Shown here: positions 8,537 to 15,802 of the stretch, one piece after another
How positions within the stretch are numbered: position 1 is the first letter of the stretch
Layout: each line of letters opens with the position of its first letter
DNA from: Pyrinomonadaceae bacterium
GTDB lineage: Bacteria > Acidobacteriota > Blastocatellia > Pyrinomonadales > Pyrinomonadaceae
NCBI GenBank assembly: GCA_035491355.1
Contig: DATJKO010000231.1
Span: forward strand, 1 to 28,081
Reading direction: 5' to 3'
Length of the DNA: 28,081 nucleotides
Made by a program: the position numbers and the translations under genes
The notes under the pieces: generated by a model
Seen by the model: the letters and a program-made list of their open reading frames with translations, nothing else
The model's database searches: none
What the model was told of the DNA's origin: nothing

Positions 8537-9463
8537 ATGGCTCGAGAATTACGCGTAATCAGTAACAATCAGAAGGTTCGTCAACCCAAACCGGAATGGC
8601 TGCGCATCCGGCTCGGCGATCCCGCCAATCAGAACAAGGTGCTCGAATTGATCGAGGGCCTGAATCTCCACACCGTTTGTCAGGAAGCGCGTTGTCCGAA
8701 CATTTTTGAGTGCTGGTCTGACCGGACGGCGACGTTCATGCTCGGCGGGGACATCTGCACGCGCCACTGCGGTTTCTGTGCAGTCGGAAAAGGTCAGCCC
8801 GGCAGTCTTGACCCCGAAGAGCCGAGGCACGTTGCCGAAGCCGTGGGCCATTTGAATCTCGCGCACGCCGTGATCACGTCAGTTAATCGTGACGATCTGG
8901 CGGACGGCGGCGCCGCCCATTGGGCCGAAACGATTCGTCAGGTTCGCGCGCTGAATCCCGAATGCAAGATCGAAGTTCTGATTCCGGACTTCAATGGAGA
9001 CGAAGCAGCACTCAACGCGGTGCTCGATGCACAACCCGATGTTTTGAACCACAACACGGAAACGATTGCGCGACTGTACCGCCGCGTCAGACCCGATGCG
9101 GTGTACCAGCAGTCTCTAACGCTACTCGAACGTGCCGCGGCGAGACGCGATCGCGAAGGTCGCGGCATGTTGACGAAGAGCGGAATCATGGTGGGCCTTG
9201 GTGAAACGTTCGAAGAAGTCGTCGCACTCATGAAGGACCTGCGATCGGTGTCCTGCGACATCATGACCATCGGTCAGTACCTCCAGCCTCATGCGCGTCG
9301 ATTGCCCGTCGAGCGCTACGTCACACCCGCGGAGTTCGCCAAATGGCGCGGGATCGGCATGGACCTCGGCTTTCATCACGTCGAATCCAGCCCGCTGACA
9401 CGCTCCTCCTACCACGCCCGCGAACAAGCCGCCGAAAAGCCTGAAGCGGTTGGTGCGAACTAA
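8537..9463 (+). CDS. lipA: Lipoyl synthase LipA (radical SAM)
   Basis: CQEARCPNIFEC auxiliary cluster motif, CTRHCGFC radical-SAM motif, C-terminal TRSSYHA. Confidence 0.97.
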   Translation: MARELRVISNNQKVRQPKPEWLRIRLGDPANQNKVLELIEGLNLHTVCQEARCPNIFECWSDRTATFMLGGDICTRHCGFCAVGKGQPGSLDPEEPRHVAEAVGHLNLAHAVITSVNRDDLADGGAAHWAETIRQVRALNPECKIEVLIPDFNGDEAALNAVLDAQPDVLNHNTETIARLYRRVRPDAVYQQSLTLLERAAARRDREGRGMLTKSGIMVGLGETFEEVVALMKDLRSVSCDIMTIGQYLQPHARRLPVERYVTPAEFAKWRGIGMDLGFHHVESSPLTRSSYHAREQAAEKPEAVGAN

Positions 9464-10492
9464 ATGAAAGCCGTCATCTTTAGACAACATGGTGGGCCGG
9501 AGGTCCTCGAGTACACGGACGTTCCGGAGCCGCAGATCCGCGCCAACGAGGTGTTGGTCGCCGTGAAGGCGTGCGCGCTGAACCATCTCGACATCTGGGC
9601 GCGGAAAGGTTTGCCCGGAATCGAGATCCCGATGCCGCATATTCTCGGGAATGATATTGCCGGCGTGGTGAAGGAAGTTGGCGAGCTCGTTACGTGGGTG
9701 AAATTTGGCGACGAGGTTATGGTCCAGCCGGGCGTTTCGTGTGGACACTGCGAGGCGTGCCTGAGTGGCGACGACAACTTCTGCCGCGATTACGACATCA
9801 TCGGCTACCGCCGCGACGGCGGTTACGCGGAACTCGTCGCCGTTCCGGGCGTCAACATCATTACGAAACCGGCGCAACTCAACTGGGAACAAGCTGCGGC
9901 GCTGCCGTTAGTCACAGTCACAGCGTGGCACATGCTGGTGACGCGTGCGAAAGTCCGAGCTGGCGAGACTGTCCTGGTTCACGCTGCGGGCAGCGGTGTC
10001 GGATCGATCGCGATACAAGTCGCGAAGCTCCATGGTGCGCGCGTGATCACCACGGCGAGCTCCGACGAAAAACTCGCACTCGCGCGCGAGCTCGGCGCCG
10101 ACGAAACGATCAATTACACAAACGCCGACTGGCCGAAAGAGATCCGCAAGCTGACGGATCGCAAGGGCGTCGACATCGTCGTCGAACACACCGGCGCAGC
10201 GACGTGGCCCGGATCGATCAGCAGCTTGAAGACCGGTGGACGTTTAGTCACGTGCGGTGCCACCAGCGGCTACGATGCGCACACCGATTTACGGCAAGTC
10301 TTCTACCGGCACCTCAACATACTCGGCTCGTTTATGGGTTCGAAAGCGGAGTTGCTCGAAGCGATGAAGTTTGTCGAGCAGGGCAAGCTTCGCGGCGTGG
10401 TCGATCGCGTGCTGCCGCTCAGCGAGGCGCGTCAGGCGCATGAGCTAATTGAGAATCGAACTCACTTTGGGAAAGTTGTTCTAAAACCCTGA
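9464..10492 (+). CDS. Medium-chain dehydrogenase/reductase (zinc-binding ADH / quinone oxidoreductase-like)
   Basis: Structural Zn motif CGHCEACLSGDDNFC, nucleotide-binding HAAGSGVG, C-terminal HFGKVVL. The start abuts the lipA stop (TAAATG). Confidence 0.9.
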   Translation: MKAVIFRQHGGPEVLEYTDVPEPQIRANEVLVAVKACALNHLDIWARKGLPGIEIPMPHILGNDIAGVVKEVGELVTWVKFGDEVMVQPGVSCGHCEACLSGDDNFCRDYDIIGYRRDGGYAELVAVPGVNIITKPAQLNWEQAAALPLVTVTAWHMLVTRAKVRAGETVLVHAAGSGVGSIAIQVAKLHGARVITTASSDEKLALARELGADETINYTNADWPKEIRKLTDRKGVDIVVEHTGAATWPGSISSLKTGGRLVTCGATSGYDAHTDLRQVFYRHLNILGSFMGSKAELLEAMKFVEQGKLRGVVDRVLPLSEARQAHELIENRTHFGKVVLKP

Positions 10493-10503
10493 GAATCGAA
10501 CGC

Positions 10504-10884
10504 TTACCTGGCGGAATAGTCCTCAATCACGTACCGCTTTTTTAACTCCACGAGATTCTGGTCCTCGAACGGGAAGTTGCTACCGGCAACGCCTTTTTTC
10601 TTGTCATCTGTCATAGTGAAATCCACTATTTGCGCCGCCTTCGCTTTCAGGATCACAGTGTCGCTAGCGTCGAATGGCTTGCCATCCTTGCGCGAAAAAA
10701 CCCAAATGTAGGTGAACTGTCCGTTGCGCACGAAGCGCAGCGCTTCCTCGAAATCACTAAGCGGCGTCGATTGTGACGTCGGCAGCGGCGACGGAAGCGG
10801 CGTTTCATTCGCCGTTTGATTCGCTGGACGACCGCACGCAGTCAGAAACAGTGCGAACAGGAGTAGTAACGATTTAGTCTTCAT
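10504..10884 (-). CDS. Hypothetical lipoprotein
   Basis: MKTKSLLLLFALFLTA-C lipobox, then an N/P/S/T-rich tether and a small globular domain; 4-nt overlap with the upstream membrane protein gene. Confidence 0.8.
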   Translation of the reverse strand: MKTKSLLLLFALFLTACGRPANQTANETPLPSPLPTSQSTPLSDFEEALRFVRNGQFTYIWVFSRKDGKPFDASDTVILKAKAAQIVDFTMTDDKKKGVAGSNFPFEDQNLVELKKRYVIEDYSAR

Positions 10885-12539
10885 GGTGAATCGTTAAGAT
10901 CGAGCAGGTCGTCCAGCGGCGCGGCCTTCTCGTCGCGAATATACAGTATTGTGCAATCAACATCCTCGTAGACGATATCAAACCACCCGCTCAGCCGCGC
11001 CTGCTCGGAAAAATCGTGGTGCCCATTGTCGGTAAAGACATACCGCGCGCCAAAACGATCGCGAATCAACGGCCCGGGATCCTCCTGCTGTCCCAGCGTG
11101 ATCCGATCGTATAGCCGCGAGAGGTCCGGGTTCTTCTCGTACAGATAACTCGGATCCAGTCCGGACACATAGTAGTGCGTCGGATCGAAATAGAAGAGTC
11201 GCGGGAAATCATCCCAATCGGTATTGAACACGATCTGTCCCGGCGGAATGTTCGTTCGCATCCATGCGGCGCCCTTCTCGTAACGACTGTGCGGATCGCT
11301 GTTCCCAATTTCTTCCGTTGCGGCCCAGGCATTGAAGAACAGCACGGTGCCCAGGGCCAGGGCCACAACAACCGCGCCAATAAACTTCGATCGCTCCACC
11401 CAGTTAGGCGCGTGCCTGGTTATCGGAGGATCGAGATACGGCTGAAGCTCCTCGAGCACGTCTTCCGGTAAACGAGTCAGATAGGAACGAAAGCCCTGCA
11501 GCCACGGTTGCACCGAAAACGCCGCAAACAGCACGGCAAACGGCGGCCAGTACTCCGTGATTCGCCTCCAGCGCGCCGTCATGATCAGCAACGCCGTCGA
11601 AAACATTAGAAAGAACAACGGATAGTGCGCCCGCCGCCTTTCCGACGCCTCAAACGAAACGTATCCAACCACCATCGCGACACACGCCACCGCCGAGTTT
11701 CCAACAAACTCCCACGTGTCGTACGGATACCATTCCGATCCGACTTTCGTATCGAAGCCCGACATGGTGAGCTTGATCGCCATGTGCTCACCCAACTGGC
11801 GGAAGTTCTGCGGAAAATAAGGATTGATAACCAGGCCCGCCACACAACCGAGAATCACCCAAAGCAGTGGCCGCCACTCAACCCGCCGCTCGGTCAAGGC
11901 GATCACAATGACCCAAATCACGGTGGCGAGTAACAACAGCACAAACAGGTCGTAGGTCCACGTAAAGATCAGCGCCAGCGGTAACAACGGCCAGTATTTC
12001 TTTCTGAAGAACAACGCGGTCGCGATCACCAAATACACGATCGCCAGCGGCGGCGCCTTCGCCATGTTCATCCGAAACAGAAACGGAACAGAACACGCCA
12101 TCAGGCCCACCAGCCACACGAGCACGAAGCGAATTCGGAAATACATCAGCAACCAGTAGCACGAAATCAATGCCAAACTGGCGAAAACTACAGACGCCAC
12201 CTTCGCGCCCTTGCGTGGGTCTGAAAACTCCGCGAACGGAATCTGCATGATGTGAAACAGCAGATGATGGTCGACGTACTCTTTGGAGTTAAGCGTGGTG
12301 AGCGGCAGCCAGGGAAACTGCGGCGGGAACTGACGGCTCTTCATTCCTTCCCACAACGTGCGGGACCACTTGGTGTGATAGTAACCGTCGAAATCGCCGC
12401 AACAGATCGAGTTGGTTGAGAATTGCAGCAGCCAGAACAGGCCCACAATCGCGATGACGCCGGCCAGGAACTGAATGACTCGTAATGTAAATCCGGATTG
12501 CGGGTTTGGTCTGGTGAGTATGCCGGGGCGCGGGGTCAT
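10881..12539 (-). CDS. Polytopic membrane protein, putative GT-C fold glycosyltransferase (STT3/AglB-like architecture)
   Basis: Many hydrophobic helices; first-loop DFDGYYH; soluble C-terminal domain AAWMRTNIPPGQIVFNTDWDDF...RFGARYV. Family assignment is by motif recognition only. Confidence 0.65.
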   Translation of the reverse strand: MTPRPGILTRPNPQSGFTLRVIQFLAGVIAIVGLFWLLQFSTNSICCGDFDGYYHTKWSRTLWEGMKSRQFPPQFPWLPLTTLNSKEYVDHHLLFHIMQIPFAEFSDPRKGAKVASVVFASLALISCYWLLMYFRIRFVLVWLVGLMACSVPFLFRMNMAKAPPLAIVYLVIATALFFRKKYWPLLPLALIFTWTYDLFVLLLLATVIWVIVIALTERRVEWRPLLWVILGCVAGLVINPYFPQNFRQLGEHMAIKLTMSGFDTKVGSEWYPYDTWEFVGNSAVACVAMVVGYVSFEASERRRAHYPLFFLMFSTALLIMTARWRRITEYWPPFAVLFAAFSVQPWLQGFRSYLTRLPEDVLEELQPYLDPPITRHAPNWVERSKFIGAVVVALALGTVLFFNAWAATEEIGNSDPHSRYEKGAAWMRTNIPPGQIVFNTDWDDFPRLFYFDPTHYYVSGLDPSYLYEKNPDLSRLYDRITLGQQEDPGPLIRDRFGARYVFTDNGHHDFSEQARLSGWFDIVYEDVDCTILYIRDEKAAPLDDLLDLNDSP

Positions 12540-12569
12540 CAAACGGTCAACGGCTGGATGTCTGTCGCC

Positions 12570-13070
12570 TCACAGTTGTTCGATCAAATCGAGCAGGGCC
12601 CGGGGATCTATCGGCTTGGTCATGTGTGCATTGAAGCCTGCGTTAGTGGATCGTTCCTTATCGTCAAACATCGAATAGCCGGTGACGGCCACCATCGGTA
12701 CCGTCTGGTAACCTGGAAGCAGTCTCATTTCACGGGCCAACTGGTACCCATTCATCTCCGGCATGCCGATGTCGGAGATCACGACGTCAAACTGGCGCTG
12801 GCGAGCCTCGTCCAGTGCCGCGCGAGCCGAAGCAGCTGTTACGACTTCATAGCCCGCGTGGGTCAACAACACAGCGAGCATCTCGGTGACATCGGCAACG
12901 TCGTCAACAACCAACGCAGATTTGCCTGCATTAGGTTGAATTCGAGCTGTTTGCGTGTCAGGCCGCACCGAGTCAATGCGGTGGTTAGAGTAATCCGACA
13001 GAATCTGGGTGAGATTATAAAGCGAGGGTTCAGCAACAACAGTTCCAGCGCAAGCGCAACTATCTTGCAT
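12570..13070 (-). CDS. Single-domain CheY-like response regulator; true start probably downstream of 13070
   Basis: ALVVDDVAD, VVISDIGMPEMNGY (phospho-Asp), VAVTGY, HMTKPID. Confidence 0.88.
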   Translation of the reverse strand: MQDSCACAGTVVAEPSLYNLTQILSDYSNHRIDSVRPDTQTARIQPNAGKSALVVDDVADVTEMLAVLLTHAGYEVVTAASARAALDEARQRQFDVVISDIGMPEMNGYQLAREMRLLPGYQTVPMVAVTGYSMFDDKERSTNAGFNAHMTKPIDPRALLDLIEQL

Positions 13071-13251
13071 CCAGTCAGCCTTTCCGCCGGGTTCCTTGTG
13101 GAGAGCGGGATTAATGTAGCTGAAACGTCGATGCGTGTCTACAAAACTTATCTATTCGCATGCGTTAAAAATTCAATCAAAACTTCGTGGACAGTCACCA
13201 CTTAATTTGCTACGGTGAGCCAAAAATCAGACCAACCAAAGGAGCAAGGAA

Positions 13252-13707
13252 ATGGCAGCGAGCAAGGGAAGCAAGAAGTCTAAGGGTGCGCGCAAAGCGG
13301 GACGAAAGGGAGCAAAGAAGAGTGCCGCGAAGTCCAGATCGCGAGGCACTGCCAGGAAGTCGACCAAGAAGGCGGCGAAGAAGGCTGCGAAGAAGGGCGG
13401 GGCTAAGAAGGCCGCAGCGAAAGCGGGACGAAAAGCCGGAAAGAAAGCTGCGAAGAAGGGTATTAAGAAGGCTGCGGCAAAGAAGTCGACCAAGAAGGCT
13501 GGCAAGAAATCAGCCGCTAAATCTGCCGCTAAAAGAGCGGCGAATCAACGAGACCGCGAGTTGAGTCCGCCTGTTCAGGTCGCGCCGGAAACAACTGAAG
13601 CATCTGAGAGCGAAGCGTCCACCGTTGAATCTACCGCCGCAGAGCTCGACAACGCTGGCGCCGAAAGTGCGAGCCTCGGCGACGAAGAAGTAGAAGGATC
13701 CTACTAA
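13252..13707 (+). CDS. Histone H1-like Lys/Ala-rich protein with acidic C-terminal tail
   Basis: SD AAGGAG; about 95 residues of KKAAKK-type repeats, then an E/S/A-rich tail ending GDEEVEGSY. Confidence 0.75.
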   Translation: MAASKGSKKSKGARKAGRKGAKKSAAKSRSRGTARKSTKKAAKKAAKKGGAKKAAAKAGRKAGKKAAKKGIKKAAAKKSTKKAGKKSAAKSAAKRAANQRDRELSPPVQVAPETTEASESEASTVESTAAELDNAGAESASLGDEEVEGSY

Positions 13708-13752
13708 CGGTCTGGTCCGTGTTGATTTGTGTTGCGCGTCGAAAGTAGTGAT

Positions 13753-14397
13753 ATGTATCCCGCCGGCAACCTTCTCATACCCGTAGAACACGGACAACTG
13801 GAAGCAATTCTCAAAGAGCCGCGGCAAGAGCCACCTCACGCTGCGGCTCTCGTGCTTCATCCACATCCACTCGGTGGCGGCACTATGCACAATAAAGTTG
13901 TGTTTCGCGCGGCTGCCGCTTTGAACGACGCCGGCGTTACAACTTTGCGAATCAACTTTCGTGGCGTCGGACAGAGCACGGGCCAACATGACGAGGGCCG
14001 CGGTGAAAAAGACGACGCTCGCGCCGGCCTGGACTATCTCGCCGCAAACTATCCTCAGTTGCCTCTCATTCTATGTGGGTTTTCGTTCGGCGCACGCGTC
14101 GGGTTGGACGTTGGCATCAACGATGAACGCGTTCAGTACCTGATCGGCATCGGCACGCCGGTCGACAAGTACGACTTCAGCTTTCTCGAAGCCTGCCGCA
14201 AGCCTTTACTGCTCGTTCACGGCGAGCGCGATGAGTTTGGCAACGTCGAGAAGTTGCGCCAGGTCGGCGCCGACCTCGAAAGGCGCACTCAGGTTAAAGT
14301 CGTCGTAATCCCGGGCGCAGAACACTTCTTCGAAAACCGTCTCGACGAACTCAAACACGCCATCACCGACTGGGTCAACGAGCAGTTAGCCCGCTAA
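13753..14397 (+). CDS. Alpha/beta-fold hydrolase; alternative GTG start at 13729
   Basis: HPHPLGGGTMHNKVV, RINFRGVGQS, nucleophile GFSFG, HGERDEFG, GAEHFF. Confidence 0.9.
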   Translation: MYPAGNLLIPVEHGQLEAILKEPRQEPPHAAALVLHPHPLGGGTMHNKVVFRAAAALNDAGVTTLRINFRGVGQSTGQHDEGRGEKDDARAGLDYLAANYPQLPLILCGFSFGARVGLDVGINDERVQYLIGIGTPVDKYDFSFLEACRKPLLLVHGERDEFGNVEKLRQVGADLERRTQVKVVVIPGAEHFFENRLDELKHAITDWVNEQLAR

Positions 14398-14399
14398 GA

Positions 14400-14609
14400 T
14401 CACTTCGCCGGTGTTTCGTTTTCAGGCGAACTGATGCTGATGAAGTTCGACGTTTGCGGCCTCTTCTCACGCATTCGCATCCTGACCACAGTAAATCCGA
14501 TGGCCAACAGAATTGCGGCGACAGTGCCGCCTAGTAGAAGTTTCCCCAGGTCGTCGAAAGCAGTCGTAGTGTTTTCCTGGAAGTTGAGTAGCAGGGGAAA
14601 CAGATTCAT
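14400..14609 (-). CDS. Small hypothetical single-pass membrane protein (69 aa)
   Basis: Hydrophobic LLLGGTVAAILLAIGFTVV followed by basic RMRMREKR; fills the gap between two genes. Longer start at 14669 is possible. Confidence 0.55.
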   Translation of the reverse strand: MNLFPLLLNFQENTTTAFDDLGKLLLGGTVAAILLAIGFTVVRMRMREKRPQTSNFISISSPENETPAK

Positions 14610-14719
14610 AGCGGCACAACCTTTCGCGTCAGCTCCGTCTGGGCCGGGGATTGACGCGGGCTTAGACACCGGTAGTGCGCGTTTGTTCCGCGGTGGCGCG
14701 AGAGCTTAGGATAGCGTGC

Positions 14720-15094
14720 ATGGAACACCGCGATCCCGCGATACGCATCACACTACTACCACGCGACACTAACTCTCAGGGCACGATCTTCGGCGGCGTC
14801 ATTCTCAGCTACATCGATACTGCCGGCGCGATCGAGGCCCACCGCCATACGCACATGCAACGGTTCGTAACCGTCGCAATGAAAGAAGTCATCTTTCACA
14901 AGCCGGTGTTCGTCGGCGACCTTGTGAGTTTCTATGCCGAAACGACGCGCGTGGGTAAGACGTCGATCACGACGCGCGTGATCGTGGAAGTTGAACGGTT
15001 GGGGAAGAGTGAACGCGTGCGCGTTACGGAAGCGGAAGTGATCTATGTCGCGGTGAATGAGAAAGGGGAGAAGATTCCGATTGAGCGGAAGTGA
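14720..15094 (+). CDS. Acyl-CoA thioesterase (hotdog fold, YciA-like)
   Basis: PRDTNSQGTIFGGVILSYIDTAG, FHKPVFVGDLV, RVGKTSI, YVAVNEKG. Confidence 0.92.
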   Translation: MEHRDPAIRITLLPRDTNSQGTIFGGVILSYIDTAGAIEAHRHTHMQRFVTVAMKEVIFHKPVFVGDLVSFYAETTRVGKTSITTRVIVEVERLGKSERVRVTEAEVIYVAVNEKGEKIPIERK

Positions 15095-15224
15095 GCTTTG
15101 AGCTTTGAGCTTTGTGCTTTGTACTTTGTACTTTGTACTTTGTACTTTGTACTTTGAGCTTTGTACTTTGTGCTTTGTGTTTTGTGTTTTGTGTTTTGAA
15201 GTTTGAGCTTTGAGGTTTGAACTT
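15092..15224 (+). repeat. Array of 19 tandem heptamers, consensus TG(A/T)(G/A)(C/T/G)TT
   Basis: In order: TGAGCTT x3, TGTGCTT, TGTACTT x5, TGAGCTT, TGTACTT, TGTGCTT, TGTGTTT x3, TGAAGTT, TGAGCTT, TGAGGTT, TGAACTT. The first TGA is the thioesterase stop. Confidence 0.95.
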
Positions 15225-15263
15225 CGTGTTTGTAGTTACGTTTTGGAAGTAAGCCTACAGCTA

Positions 15264-15298
15264 ACGAACCAAGAACAAAGCTCAAAGAACTAAGCTCA
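15264..15298 (-). repeat. Inverted arm of 5 heptamers of the same family
   Basis: Minus strand: TGAGCTT AGTTCTT TGAGCTT TGTTCTT GGTTCGT. The first TGA (15298-15296) is the stop of the convergent TPR gene. Confidence 0.85.
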
Positions 15299-15802
15299 AT
15301 TCAATCGGCACTGCATTCGTCGCAGCGCAACAGCCGCTTCTCTAAACTGCGGCTTCTGCTTCAACGCGAGGCCATAGTGCTTCGCCGCATCCATGAAGCG
15401 CTTGCGGTTTTCGTAAACGCGTCCGAGGTTGAAATGCGGAAACGCGTACGACTCATAACGCGGCGCCAGCAATGCACGCTTGAACCAACGGACCGAGCCG
15501 TACGAATCTCCTTGCGCGAGCAGGTAACTACCGATGTCGTTGTAAGGATTGCCTAAGGTTTCGTCCACTCGAATCGCCTCCAGACACTCCTCGATCGCCT
15601 CGTCGTACCGGTCCTGAAAACTGTAGACCCACCCGAGAAACGTATGCGCCTCCGCCGTAGGAAACGTTTCGATCGAACGTTTGTAGAGCTCGATCGCGCG
15701 GTCGTAGTCGCTCGCCTGCTGCGCTTCGTACGCTTCGTGGAAGAGCTGGTTTGCTTCATACCGTTTAAGGTCTGAAACGTCTTCGTGGGTCTTCATAACC
15801 AT
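15296..15802 (-). CDS. Tetratricopeptide-repeat protein
   Basis: YDRAIELYKRSIE, AEAHTFLGWVY...YDEAIEECLEAI, PYNDIGSY, PHFNLGRVY. Start abuts the nucleotidase stop. Confidence 0.88.
   Translation of the reverse strand: MVMKTHEDVSDLKRYEANQLFHEAYEAQQASDYDRAIELYKRSIETFPTAEAHTFLGWVYSFQDRYDEAIEECLEAIRVDETLGNPYNDIGSYLLAQGDSYGSVRWFKRALLAPRYESYAFPHFNLGRVYENRKRFMDAAKHYGLALKQKPQFREAAVALRRMQCRLN

Noticed and set aside
13227-13505. Phe/Ala-rich hydrophobic minus-strand ORF
   Set aside because: Antisense mirror of the Lys/Ala codons of the histone-like gene, which has the SD.
15092-15224. Possible CRISPR array
   Set aside because: Units are contiguous 7-mers with no unique spacers, and there are no cas genes.
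15231-15259. GTAG-type REP at the centre of the large array
   Set aside because: GTAG...CTAC is present but the stem is short and imperfect, the other elements lack it, and no RAYT gene is in the window.
15043-15285. Minus-strand ORF with QSTKYKA-type 7-aa repeats
   Set aside because: It is the automatic translation of a 7-nt-period array, has no SD and overlaps the thioesterase antisense. It is a shadow ORF.
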